A DNA stretch of 60,417 nucleotides, counting the filler. It is 4 parts of 4 records of this genome, joined end to end, with 100 filler letters (N's around TTAATTAATTAA, not from the genome) between each part and the next. Parts side by side here need not be neighbours in the genome. Positions count along the whole stretch, not along the records: positions 1 to 20,816 come from DRR723986_6427; 3 more parts are not named here. One strand, written 5' to 3'. Each line of letters begins with the position of its first letter. Position 1 is the first letter of the stretch. The notes beneath the pieces were generated by a model. It saw only the letters and a list, made by a program, of their open reading frames with translations. It was not told the DNA's origin and ran no database searches. Shown in pieces: positions 1-9,683 of this stretch. The position numbers were made by a program, and so were the translations under genes.

Positions 1-67
1 AACCCGCACGATCGCAATGATCGGGGGATTTTAAGTCCCCTGTGTCTACCAATTTCACCACCCGGGC
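1..67 (-). tRNA. tRNA-Leu(TAA), 3' end cut by window edge
   Basis: Reverse complement GCCCGGGTGGTGAAATTGGTAGACACAGGGGA-CTTAAAA-TCCCC, long variable arm, start of T-arm. Confidence 0.93.
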
Positions 68-148
68 GGCTGCTACCGGGCTACCCCGGAGGCCGCGAAT
101 TCTAGCACAGCAAACGGTCGGAGAAGACCCCGGCTGGCATCGACCATC

Positions 149-3100
149 GTGCTAGACTTGGAAAAATTCGGTCAATCACTGCAAGCAATGCGCAAGCGCT
201 TCCTGGTAACTACTCTCATCACCGTCCTGCTGGCACTGGCGCTGCTGACCATGGCTCTGCGCTCGGAGCGGTTCGTCCTCGCCAGCCTGGAGTGGACCGT
301 AGACACCTTCACTGATCTCGATATCGAATTCACCAACCCACGTATCGACCTGCTCAAGCGCCACGCCAGTGCGCAAGAGATTCATTTTTACCAGGACACC
401 GCCACCGGGCCGGCACTGGTTTCCATCCTCAACCTCGAGGCAGAGTTGAATCTGGCAGATCTGCTGAGCAGCAACCTGCAACGCACCCGGCTTAGCGCCG
501 GCGCGGTCATGATTTTTATCGCCAAGGGGGATGCCGTCGAGGACCCTCAGCCAGTGACCTGGCTGGGCCAACTGGGCTGGCTGCCCGACAGACTTGAGAT
601 CGGCTCGGTCCACCTCATCAACCAGGCCGAGGATGTCTGGATTTTCCCAATGAAAAACGTGCTCGGGCGGCGGGCAGGTGATAGCAGTTATCTGGCCTCT
701 GCTGAAGCAGACTACGAAGGGGAGCCACTGGGTATTCGCGCTGAATTGCTTGCGATTCGGGAAGGCTCCGCCTTTACCGGTGTGGAGTTACGGGCTGACA
801 TCGATGCCCCCCTGAGCAACAGCAAGGTATCCCTGGCCGGCGAAGTGCGTGGCACGCTGGAAGACTACAGCTACCACGGCAGCATCAATGCCCGCTACCA
901 GAAGGTAGAGGACTTTCTCCGCGGGTTCACCCGGTCCGAGCGACGCCTCAGCGGCTCACTGCTCATCGAAGGCGAAATTTCCGGCGACTCACGGTCCTGC
1001 ACTGTGCAGGCCCGATCGGTGGTGCTCGACAATATGCCGGCCTACGGCTTTGAAGCATCCGGTGAGCTGTCCTATGACTTTGCTACCGGCGCGTCCGACA
1101 TGCGCGCGGTCACCGCAGGTGAGATCGCATCGCTGGAGGTTCTCGGCAACGCACTGGGGGTTGATTTCAGTGGCTTCGACAGGGCTGTGGCCAGTGCGAA
1201 CATCTCCGGCTCACTGGAGCAGCCCAGGATCGACCAGTTCACGCTGATCACCAGCAATCGCAGCGGCTTCAACGTCAAGATGTCCGGACGCCTGTCGCGG
1301 GAAGAACTGAGAATGGGGACTGCCTCACCGGACAATGAATTGTTCGTGGACATCAACGGCGATAGCGTGGCCAATCTGGAGCAATGGACTGGCGGCCTGC
1401 CGTTCGAACCCGGCCCATGGGCAGCGTCAGCGCGCCTGACGCGAACGGCTTCAGGCCTTGCTGTTGACCGCTTGCTGGTCGAACTCGGAACTCCTGATAG
1501 CGTGCAGCTGCGCCTGGCCGGCGGTATCTCTGAGATAAACCTGAGCAGTACGCCGGCTACCCGGCAAAACGTAAGCGGCATCGACGTGGTGCTCAGCGGC
1601 AGCACCGACAACGCGGCGCTGGTGGGCGAATGGCTGGCTATCCCGCTCCCGCCCTACCATGCCATCGATGCATCGGTTCAACTGCGAGGCGATGGCGGCC
1701 TGCTTGAGGCCCGCAATGGCCAGGTCGTCGTGAGGGGTAGCGATGCAGAAGCCCGCCTCGATGAGGTAAGCCTGGATATTGTGGTGGCAGAGCAGCCCCA
1801 AATTCGTAATTTCTCCGCTGCACTGACGGCCGAGCTTAGCGACACCAGCGCCATCTCGCAGTACAGCACACAGGCAGCCATCTCCCTCGGACCAGTGAGC
1901 GCGAGCGCCCGGCTCATCCAGGAGGCATCACGCTTCGCAGCAAGGGATGTCAGGATCCAGGTTGAAGGACCAGAACTGGCGCTCGACAGCACGGGACAGA
2001 TAGACGATCTGGGCTCACTGAGCGGAGTCACGCTGGTGAACCGCTTTTCGGGGATTCAAACCCGCGAAGCCCTGGCGACCTGGCTGGAGGACTTCAGCTA
2101 TCCGACATCGATAGGCAGCCTGCAGGGCGACTTCACCCTGACACGACCCGCAGACAGCTGGATGCTGAAGGCGCTTACCGTTGAAAACACCGGGAGCGAG
2201 GTACTCAGCTTCGCCCTGCAGGGCAAGCAGATTGATCTGTCAGACCTCAGTGCCGACCTGCGGGCGAGCTACAGCATTAGCGATACTGACCTGCTGGAAG
2301 CGCTGCTGGGCCTGCGCGTAGCTCCCACCATGGGAACGCTGACCGCGAGAACGCAGGCTGGCCAGCTTGCTATCGATGCCGCGCTGCAAGCCGGCGGAAC
2401 CACCATCAATGCAAACGCCGAAATCAGTGGCGAAGACAAGGAGATCACCGGCCTCAAACTGCGCCTGCAGTCACCCCATCTGCACCTGAATGACCTGGGC
2501 CTGCAGGCGACCTCCGGCACAGGAGACGCATACCGGCCGGCAGCGCAACTGCAGCCCGCCCTCGACCGGCAAACAGAACAACTCACCAGCCGAGCGCCGG
2601 CTTATCCGACGCAGATCCGTCTGGACATCGAGCAGATCAGCGGTCTCAACTCCAGCATCGACAGCCTGAGCCTTGAGCTTACCGGCCGGGACAAGGCCTA
2701 CACCCTGCGCGAGTTCAACCTGACCTATGCTTCCGGCAGTGCGGAGGCGCGTGGCATTATCGATCTCAATCCGGATCCAATCGCCATCAGCCTGGCGGGG
2801 CTAGGCATCGCCATCCCCCTCAACCAGCTGAGCACGGACCTGGGCATTGAGACCGATATCCAGGGCACCCTGAGCTTTCGCGGCGGGGTTACGGCACGGG
2901 ACGTTGAGCCGACCGCATTGCTTGATAGCCTCGCCGGTTCGGTCGCCTTTGCCCTGGAGGATGCCACCATAGAAGGCGCCGCCTATGATGTGCTGGCAAC
3001 CGGCATCCTGGAGTGGATGTACTCGGGCGCGGCACTGGAGAAGTCGACCCGGATCGACTGCACAATGGCACGCTTTGATATCGCGGGCGGGGTAGCGAGA

Positions 3101-3406
3101 AGCGAAGACATCTTCGTGGAGACCCGGAATATGATCGCCACCGGCGAGGCGCGAATCGACCTGACCAGGGAAGAACTGGACCTGACCCTGGTCCCGAGAT
3201 CAAAGTCCCGGGCGATCCAGATTCCATCCAATATCCGGATCAGGGGTCCGTTCTCCAAGCCTAGAACCATCGTCTCTCCCATTACCGCGACCGCAGATGC
3301 CTATGCCGAAGCCGTGCTGCTGATCCCCAATCTCGCGCTCAAACTGTTCGGCATCGAGAAGCGAGCCCCGCGCAGCTCACGGCCCTGCGAGGCCAGCGTC
3401 AACTGA
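149..3406 (+). CDS. AsmA-family / AsmA-like C-terminal domain protein
   Basis: 1085 aa, N-terminal TM anchor, beta-rich body, C-terminal 'TRIDCTMARFDIAGGVARSEDIFVET...GEARIDL...LDLTLVP' typical of AsmA_2. Confidence 0.75.
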   Translation: MLDLEKFGQSLQAMRKRFLVTTLITVLLALALLTMALRSERFVLASLEWTVDTFTDLDIEFTNPRIDLLKRHASAQEIHFYQDTATGPALVSILNLEAELNLADLLSSNLQRTRLSAGAVMIFIAKGDAVEDPQPVTWLGQLGWLPDRLEIGSVHLINQAEDVWIFPMKNVLGRRAGDSSYLASAEADYEGEPLGIRAELLAIREGSAFTGVELRADIDAPLSNSKVSLAGEVRGTLEDYSYHGSINARYQKVEDFLRGFTRSERRLSGSLLIEGEISGDSRSCTVQARSVVLDNMPAYGFEASGELSYDFATGASDMRAVTAGEIASLEVLGNALGVDFSGFDRAVASANISGSLEQPRIDQFTLITSNRSGFNVKMSGRLSREELRMGTASPDNELFVDINGDSVANLEQWTGGLPFEPGPWAASARLTRTASGLAVDRLLVELGTPDSVQLRLAGGISEINLSSTPATRQNVSGIDVVLSGSTDNAALVGEWLAIPLPPYHAIDASVQLRGDGGLLEARNGQVVVRGSDAEARLDEVSLDIVVAEQPQIRNFSAALTAELSDTSAISQYSTQAAISLGPVSASARLIQEASRFAARDVRIQVEGPELALDSTGQIDDLGSLSGVTLVNRFSGIQTREALATWLEDFSYPTSIGSLQGDFTLTRPADSWMLKALTVENTGSEVLSFALQGKQIDLSDLSADLRASYSISDTDLLEALLGLRVAPTMGTLTARTQAGQLAIDAALQAGGTTINANAEISGEDKEITGLKLRLQSPHLHLNDLGLQATSGTGDAYRPAAQLQPALDRQTEQLTSRAPAYPTQIRLDIEQISGLNSSIDSLSLELTGRDKAYTLREFNLTYASGSAEARGIIDLNPDPIAISLAGLGIAIPLNQLSTDLGIETDIQGTLSFRGGVTARDVEPTALLDSLAGSVAFALEDATIEGAAYDVLATGILEWMYSGAALEKSTRIDCTMARFDIAGGVARSEDIFVETRNMIATGEARIDLTREELDLTLVPRSKSRAIQIPSNIRIRGPFSKPRTIVSPITATADAYAEAVLLIPNLALKLFGIEKRAPRSSRPCEASVN

Positions 3407-3491
3407 ACGCCGGGCATAAACGCCCCCCTTCACCACCCGCGGTGTCATGCTAAACTCACCGCTCCAATAACAAGTCATTACCGGGGTATTT

Positions 3492-4844
3492 ATGGCCGGC
3501 GCTCGCGGCGAATTCAGTTCCCGCCTTGGGTTTATCATGGCCGCAGCAGGCAGCGCGGTCGGTCTCGGTAATATCTGGGGATTCCCGACCCAGGCTGCCA
3601 GCAACGGTGGTGCGGCGTTCCTCCTGGTGTATCTGGTACTGGCTTTTACCCTCGCTTACCCTGCGCTGATGGCGGAACTGATTATTGGTCGCCATGCCCA
3701 TGCCAATGCCGTAAGCGCCCTGCGCCAGATAGCCAACGGGCCGGCCACACGAGGCATCGGCGCGGCCACCGGCATGATCGGTTTTATCGTCGCCAGCCTG
3801 ATCCTGAGTTTCTACGCGATTGTTGCAGGCTGGATGATCGCCCACTGCCTGGCCTCGATAGCCGAGTTATTCGGCATAGCGTCAGCCAGCGACTGGCTCA
3901 CGGAATTCAGCTTTACCCGCAATGCCCTGTTCATGGTCGGGTTCATGCTGCTGACCGTGGGCATCATCTCTGAGGGTGTACGCGAAGGTATCGAGCGCTG
4001 GTCCAGCCGGCTCATGCCGATGCTGCTGGTAACCCTGGTACTGCTGGTCTTCTACGTGATGACCCTGGACGGCGCAATGGAGGGACTCAAGGTATACCTG
4101 TTACCGGATTTCGAGCGCGCCCTGTCCCCCAAACTGATTATCAGCGCCCTCGGCTCGGCGTTCTTTTCCCTATCGCTTGGTGTCGGGACCATGCTGATCT
4201 ATGGCTCCTACATCAGCGACCGGGAGAATCTTCCCATGGCCGGGGGCATGGTAACCCTGGTGGACATTGCCATCGCAGTACTGGCCGGTTTCCTGGTGCT
4301 ACCTGCCATGTACGTTGCGGTACACAACGGCATCGAGATTTTTGCCAGCGATGGCACGCTGATATCCGGCGACACGCTGATTTTTACTGTTCTTCCAGAG
4401 CTGTTCGCCACCATCGGCACCGCCGGCATTGTCGTCTCGATCATCTTCTTTTTCCTGATGAGTATCGCAGCACTGACGTCCTCCATATCGATGCTGGAAG
4501 TACCGGTGGCTTATGTAATCGAAGAACACGGCTTTGGACGCAAACCCGCGGTCTTTGCGATCGGCCTGGCGATCACTGCGGTCAGCACGCTGATCCTGCT
4601 GAATTTCGACGTGCTATTCGGTGCGGTTATCACTATCACTACCCGCTACAGTCAGCCACTGCTGGGCTTTATGTTCTGCATCTATGCGGGCTGGATATGG
4701 CATCGGGATACGCTACTACAGGAGTTGCGCAAAGGCAGCCCCGAGGTTGAGCGGGGCTTGTTCTGGAAAATCTGGCCCTGGCACGTCAAGCTGGTATGCC
4801 CGGTTATTATCCTGGCAATCTTTTTCCAAAGCCTGTTCGGCTAG
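3492..4844 (+). CDS. Sodium-dependent transporter, NSS/SNF family
   Basis: 'FSSRLGFIMAAAGSAVGLGNIWGFP' and 'AFFSLSLG' signatures, multiple TM helices. Confidence 0.95.
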   Translation: MAGARGEFSSRLGFIMAAAGSAVGLGNIWGFPTQAASNGGAAFLLVYLVLAFTLAYPALMAELIIGRHAHANAVSALRQIANGPATRGIGAATGMIGFIVASLILSFYAIVAGWMIAHCLASIAELFGIASASDWLTEFSFTRNALFMVGFMLLTVGIISEGVREGIERWSSRLMPMLLVTLVLLVFYVMTLDGAMEGLKVYLLPDFERALSPKLIISALGSAFFSLSLGVGTMLIYGSYISDRENLPMAGGMVTLVDIAIAVLAGFLVLPAMYVAVHNGIEIFASDGTLISGDTLIFTVLPELFATIGTAGIVVSIIFFFLMSIAALTSSISMLEVPVAYVIEEHGFGRKPAVFAIGLAITAVSTLILLNFDVLFGAVITITTRYSQPLLGFMFCIYAGWIWHRDTLLQELRKGSPEVERGLFWKIWPWHVKLVCPVIILAIFFQSLFG

Positions 4845-4846
4845 CC

Positions 4847-5536
4847 TCAGTAAGCCGCTCCTGCCTCGCCGCCACTGACGATCGCAACACCGGAGCTGGT
4901 CCCGAGTCGCGTCGCCCCTGCCGCGATCATGGCGCGCGCCGTCGAGGCGTCTCTGACGCCTCCGGACGCCTTGACTTCCACCCTGTCACCAACCGCAGCG
5001 TGCATGAGCTGCACATCCTCGAGGGTAGCACCACCGCTGCTGAAGCCCGTTGAGGTTTTGACGAAGGCCACGCCGATATCGCGACAGATACCGCACAAGC
5101 GGGTTTTCTCCGCATCGCTTAGCAGGCAGGTCTCGAAGATGACCTTCAGAGGTCGAGCACCGCATGTGGCAAATACAGCGCCAATATCAGCGGCGACCTC
5201 CACCCAGTCGCCGGACTTGACCCGCCCTATGGCCACGACCATATCGATTTCTGACGCACCCGCAGCAATAGCTGCCCGGGCTTCTGCAACCTTTGCCTCA
5301 GTGCACATGGCTCCCAGCGGAAAACCCACTACCGAGCAAACCAGTACCTCGCTGTCTCGCAACAGGCCACTGGCCAGCTCCACGTAACAGGAATTCACGC
5401 AGACCGTGCGGAACCGGTGCGCCCGTGCCTCAGCGCAGAGCTGCTCGATATCTGCAGGGGTCGCTTCCGGCTTGAGCAAGGTGTGATCAATAAAACCGGC
5501 AAGATCGGCGGCTGGGAGATCGCTTGGCATGATCAT
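4847..5536 (-). CDS. deoC: Deoxyribose-phosphate aldolase
   Basis: 'IDHTLLKP', 'VVGFPLGA', 'KVIFETCLL', 'FVKTSTGF', 'VKASGGVR', 'RLGTSSG'. Confidence 0.97.
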   Translation of the reverse strand: MIMPSDLPAADLAGFIDHTLLKPEATPADIEQLCAEARAHRFRTVCVNSCYVELASGLLRDSEVLVCSVVGFPLGAMCTEAKVAEARAAIAAGASEIDMVVAIGRVKSGDWVEVAADIGAVFATCGARPLKVIFETCLLSDAEKTRLCGICRDIGVAFVKTSTGFSSGGATLEDVQLMHAAVGDRVEVKASGGVRDASTARAMIAAGATRLGTSSGVAIVSGGEAGAAY

Positions 5537-5613
5537 CTTCCGGGGACACCCTTGGATCCCCGCCTCGGCTATACTTGGCTCCAGTATAGCCGCCTATGGG
5601 AGTGAACACCGAC

Positions 5614-6525
5614 ATGGATATCGCCGTCATCGGCTCCAACATGGTTGACCTGATTGCCTACATCGACGAAATGCCCAAGGTGGGCGAAACGCTTGAGGCT
5701 GACGATTTTGCGATGGGTTGCGGCGGCAAGGGAGCCAACCAGGCGGTTGCCGCTGCAAGGCTAGGCGCGTCGGTGATGATGATGAGCCGGGTAGGCGACG
5801 ATATGTTCGCCGACAACACCATTCACAACCTGGCTTCCCACGGCGTCGATACCCGGCATGTGCGCAAGGTTCACGGGGTATCCAGTGGGGTCGCACCGAT
5901 TATGGTTGACCGGGCATCCCACAACCGGATTCTCATCATCCCCGGCGCCAACAAACACCTGCTGCCGGAGGACATCGACGAGGCCGCCGACGACCTGCGC
6001 CACTGCAAACTGATCGTGCTGCAACTCGAGATACCGCTACCGACGATTTACCGCGCGATCGAATTTGCCAACACCGAGGGCATTCCGGTACTGCTCAATC
6101 CGGCGCCTGCCAATCCCGCCCTCAATCTGGACTATGCCTGCCGCTGCGACTTTTTCGTTCCCAACGAGACCGAACTGGAAATACTCACCGGCATGCCCGT
6201 GTCCAGCCTCGATGAGGTAGAGGCAGCCGCGCAGCGGCTGTTGGAGCATGGGCTGAAGCACCTGGTGGTAACGCTCGGTGCGCGCGGCGCGCTGCATCTT
6301 CAAGGTAGCGAACGACAACACATCACCGCGCCAACGGTTGACGCTGTCGACACCACCGGCGCCGGTGACGCCTTTATCGGCTGTTTCGCGGCGCACTATA
6401 TTGCCACCGGCGACATTGACGGCGCGATCCAGCAGGCTGTGCGCTACGCCTCGCACAGTGTCACCAGCCGCGGGACCCAGACCTCCTACGCCAGCGCCAC
6501 CGAGTTTGCCCGCTGGCAGCCCTGA
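5614..6525 (+). CDS. deoK: Ribokinase family, deoxyribokinase (DeoK)-like
   Basis: PfkB motifs 'GGKGANQAVAAARLG' and 'DTTGAGDAFIG'; N-terminus 'MDIAVIGSNMVDL' and 'YACRCDFFVPNETELEILTGM' recall enterobacterial DeoK; divergent from deoC. Confidence 0.8.
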   Translation: MDIAVIGSNMVDLIAYIDEMPKVGETLEADDFAMGCGGKGANQAVAAARLGASVMMMSRVGDDMFADNTIHNLASHGVDTRHVRKVHGVSSGVAPIMVDRASHNRILIIPGANKHLLPEDIDEAADDLRHCKLIVLQLEIPLPTIYRAIEFANTEGIPVLLNPAPANPALNLDYACRCDFFVPNETELEILTGMPVSSLDEVEAAAQRLLEHGLKHLVVTLGARGALHLQGSERQHITAPTVDAVDTTGAGDAFIGCFAAHYIATGDIDGAIQQAVRYASHSVTSRGTQTSYASATEFARWQP

Positions 6526-6527
6526 CG

Positions 6528-6977
6528 CTACTTGAGTGCGATTACCCCGGACTCCTCCACCCGCTGGGTTGGCAGCAAGCCTTTGAAGTCGATCTTGGCA
6601 ATGAGCCGGTAGTCCAACTGGTCGGTGGGCTCCATACCGAGGCTCGCCAGCAGTCTGAGTAACTCGAACAGGCGCACGCCGGCTTCGATATCCACTGTTT
6701 CCTCGCTATAGGCCTCGATCCGGGGTACCTGGTTGCTGACTCCGCTGACCAGTTCCTTACCGAGGATTTCCAGACGATAACTCACGCCGACAATATCCAG
6801 CGCCTGCTTGTTCGGATTGGCAATCCTCAGGGTGATCAGGAAGCGAGGGGAGCTGCCCTGCCCGGGCAGGCTGCGCACATTCTCAACCGACACCTGGGGC
6901 GGATCAAAGTCGCTGACAAGGCTGGCGCAAGAGCTCAGCAACAGCGCCAGCAACAGCATCAGACCGCAGCGAATCAT
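6528..6977 (-). CDS. LEA type 2 / WHy domain lipoprotein
   Basis: Lipobox LSSC, 'PPQVSV...LRIANPN' motif. Confidence 0.85.
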   Translation of the reverse strand: MIRCGLMLLLALLLSSCASLVSDFDPPQVSVENVRSLPGQGSSPRFLITLRIANPNKQALDIVGVSYRLEILGKELVSGVSNQVPRIEAYSEETVDIEAGVRLFELLRLLASLGMEPTDQLDYRLIAKIDFKGLLPTQRVEESGVIALK

Positions 6978-7144
6978 GGCTGCTTGTCCCGTCCGGTTCC
7001 GGCGAGGAAAAACAGCCCGTAGGCCAGGCTGGCGATGGCAAATACCGCCGCTACCCAGTCGCCGGTCCGAATATAAACCCAGGAACTGAAAGCGAGCATG
7101 GCTGCGGTAATCGCCAGGGCGATCAGTCGAGCGGTCGTGGACAT
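6974..7144 (-). CDS. Small two-TM membrane protein
   Basis: Two hydrophobic segments; stop overlaps the LEA gene start. Confidence 0.6.
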   Translation of the reverse strand: MSTTARLIALAITAAMLAFSSWVYIRTGDWVAAVFAIASLAYGLFFLAGTGRDKQP

Positions 7145-7261
7145 GTCAGGTTTACCCTCAAGCACTACTGCGTGACAGGTGATTGTACCTCAGCGGCGAA
7201 TCACCCCGGGAAAGCTTATTCGCCGCCGCCGATTTTGCTATCCTGCGTGCAAGGAGCGCTA

Positions 7262-7756
7262 ATGACCCGTTTTATCGTCTTGTTTACCGCCATTCTGGTG
7301 GGCCTGTTCACCCTCGAGATGCTCGAGCCGGTTCAGGCTGCGGTCATCCAGCCATTTACCGGCTGGCTGGCATACATCAGCGCAGCGATGATTATCCCCT
7401 TCGACGATGCCGTTGTGGCCTCCGGCAGGATTATCCAGCACACCGATGCCCAGTTCGCTGTGTCCATCGAGTCGGGCTGCAACGGGGTGGAAGCGGCCAT
7501 TGTGTTGATTGCCGGGGTGCTGGCCTTCCCGGCTAACTGGCGCCAACGGGTGGCGGCGATCGTGCTGGGCTTTCTCGCTATCCAGGTGATGAACCTCGCC
7601 CGCATTATCAGCCTGTTCTACCTCGGCCAGTGGAATCTTGAAATTTTTACCTGGACCCACCTCTACCTCTGGCCGGTGCTGATCATGCTCGACGTACTGG
7701 TGGTGTTCATGCTGTACCTGCGTTATCTCGCGCCGGAACCGGCGCCAGCAGCATGA
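7262..7756 (+). CDS. xrtH: Exosortase H (IPTLxxWG-CTERM specific)
   Basis: Catalytic 'SGCNGVEA', 'NLARI', 'HLYLW' triad motifs; RBS AAGGAG before ATG 7262. Confidence 0.85.
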   Translation: MTRFIVLFTAILVGLFTLEMLEPVQAAVIQPFTGWLAYISAAMIIPFDDAVVASGRIIQHTDAQFAVSIESGCNGVEAAIVLIAGVLAFPANWRQRVAAIVLGFLAIQVMNLARIISLFYLGQWNLEIFTWTHLYLWPVLIMLDVLVVFMLYLRYLAPEPAPAA

Positions 7757-8376
7757 GCCGCCGGCCGCTGTACCGTTTTATCGGCCTGGTCTTCCTGATC
7801 CTGCCGGCGGCGTTTATTGTCTGGCATGCCCTGGCCTCAGTTCTTGCAGCTCCTGCCGTCTGGATCGCCGGCAAAATCCTGCTGCTGTGGCTACCTGACC
7901 TGGTGGCCAGCGTGCACCTTGAAGGCACCAACATGGTCATGGCCAGCCAGTTTGGGGAAGCCGCCGGGCAAGTGGTCAGCCTGGATAAGGCGGAGTTCCA
8001 GCTCGGCTTCCACCAGGAGACACGCCTGCTCTCCTACTCGATTCCATTCTTCGCGGCGCTCCATTTCGCCACGCCAATGCCCCACAGTCTGGAGCGCTTC
8101 GCCCGCAGCCTGTTGGTGCTGTGGCTGCTGATGATCCTGGGCCTGGTGGCGGTTGCGCTGAAAAACCTGATGCTGGCGCTGGGCGAGACCCTGTTCGCCA
8201 ATGGCATCCTGCCACCCGCTCCGGTGATCGCGCTTCTATACCAGTTCAGTATCCTGATTGTTCCCACCGTAGCACCCCTGGCACTGTGGGCCTGGGAAGC
8301 GCGCAAACTACCGGCCATGCAGGCCTTGCTGCCGGCGGCGCTCGCAGCCGGTCAGGCCCCTGTCGAGGCGGACTGA
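7753..8376 (+). CDS. Exosortase H-associated membrane protein
   Basis: Multi-TM protein, ATGA overlap with xrtH. Confidence 0.75.
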   Translation: MSRRPLYRFIGLVFLILPAAFIVWHALASVLAAPAVWIAGKILLLWLPDLVASVHLEGTNMVMASQFGEAAGQVVSLDKAEFQLGFHQETRLLSYSIPFFAALHFATPMPHSLERFARSLLVLWLLMILGLVAVALKNLMLALGETLFANGILPPAPVIALLYQFSILIVPTVAPLALWAWEARKLPAMQALLPAALAAGQAPVEAD

Positions 8377-8493
8377 GGAAGCGGTTTCACGGTTGCCGGG
8401 TCCTGCCGCCAGGGGCGGCCGTCGCAGGTCAGGTAATTGGGGCAGTGCAGGGTGCAACCGCGGCACGGCAGCCGCGGCTCTACGCCTTCTTGC

Positions 8494-9504
8494 TCAGGCT
8501 GCATCGTCCAGCCCCTTGCGCTTTTCTTCTGCCACCAGTTTGACGAATTCCTCGGTGCGCTCCTCGAGCACCGCCTGGAGCGCCTTCTCCATCAGCCACC
8601 GGGCCTGGCCGGTATAGGCGTAAATCGAGGAATGAACAGCGGCATCGTGCCAGTTCTCCACCGAGCAACTCGCGGAGTACTCTTCAAAATTGGCCAGCGC
8701 GCGAATGAGATCGCTGATGTGACGCGGGCACTCGCAATCCAGCGTGTTCTGCAACTGACGGGCCGCGGACAGTTCCGCCTCTGAGAACTGGCGCGGTTTG
8801 GCATTGACCAGATCACCGAGATTCGACTCACCCAGCCGGGTAGCCTTCTCGGTCACGCTGCGACTGATTTCAAACGCCACGAAGGCCGGATCCGGGGGAA
8901 AGGCCGTCGCCGCGACGTCCCGCGATTTCAATTCCTCCAGCCAGCGCTCATTGCCAAACTGGTAGGTAACAAGAATCCGGGACGGTGCCAGCTGGGCCAC
9001 CAGCGTAAAGAGAACATCCACGCTGGCCGATGACAGGTTGGGACAGTCGATCATCAGGGTGTCGACCCCCTCCGCGTCGGCGAGTCGCTCGAGACTATCC
9101 GCCAGAGGAAACCGCCCCAGCAAGGCATCCGCGTTACTGATACAGCCCTGATGCTCGTCCAGCCATTCACACAGCCTTTCACCCACGACCAGCACACGGG
9201 GCTTGCCCGGAAGCATGCCGCCTCTGGTGCTGGTGCCACGGCTTCGCAGCAGCATCTCCAGGGTCTTGCGCTCGGAGGAAGCAATTTCACCGATCCGGGC
9301 TCCGGCCCCAACCAGGGCTGAAACCAATTGCAGATGCTCAAGGTCCGCCTGGGTGTACTGACGCCGGCCTGTCGCGCTTTTGTGGCTGGCCCCCAGTCCG
9401 TAGCGGCGCTCCCAGACCCGGAGGGTGTCTGGCTTCAACCCGGTCAGGCGGGCAACAGTGCCGATCCCGTACAAGGGTCGAGGTTCGAGGCTTGCTGATG
9501 ACAT
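8494..9504 (-). CDS. litR: MerR-family regulator, B12-independent (class III) LitR/CarH-like
   Basis: MerR HTH 'YGIGTVARLTGLKPDTLRVWERRYG'; C-terminal 'CECPRH-x17-C'; no ExH B12 motif seen; next to a sigma factor and photolyase. Confidence 0.75.
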   Translation of the reverse strand: MSSASLEPRPLYGIGTVARLTGLKPDTLRVWERRYGLGASHKSATGRRQYTQADLEHLQLVSALVGAGARIGEIASSERKTLEMLLRSRGTSTRGGMLPGKPRVLVVGERLCEWLDEHQGCISNADALLGRFPLADSLERLADAEGVDTLMIDCPNLSSASVDVLFTLVAQLAPSRILVTYQFGNERWLEELKSRDVAATAFPPDPAFVAFEISRSVTEKATRLGESNLGDLVNAKPRQFSEAELSAARQLQNTLDCECPRHISDLIRALANFEEYSASCSVENWHDAAVHSSIYAYTGQARWLMEKALQAVLEERTEEFVKLVAEEKRKGLDDAA

Positions 9505-9527
9505 AAGGCGTTCTCCAGGGGGTTACC

Positions 9528-9611
9528 TGGACAAGATACGGGACAAACCGATAAGCGGATGGTAAGCCCCGCCCATTTTGTCCATACCTTGTCGAAATAC
9601 ATGGTGGACAA
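9528..9611. promoter_or_regulatory. Putative LitR/CarH-type operator repeats (T/G)nGACAA
   Basis: TGGACAA 9528, GGGACAA 9540, TTGTCCA 9578, TTGTCGA 9589, TGGACAA 9605; pairs spaced 11-12 bp. Confidence 0.6.
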
Positions 9612-9683
9612 GTGGTGGTTTTGGACTGCTCCGGGGAGCCCCGACGTCGTATACCTTCTACAACCCAACGCTGGAGCTTTACC

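Noticed and set aside
7262-8376. Exosortase H as a novel sorting system
   Set aside because: A described family with its usual partner gene; no IPTLxxWG-CTERM substrate is visible in this window.
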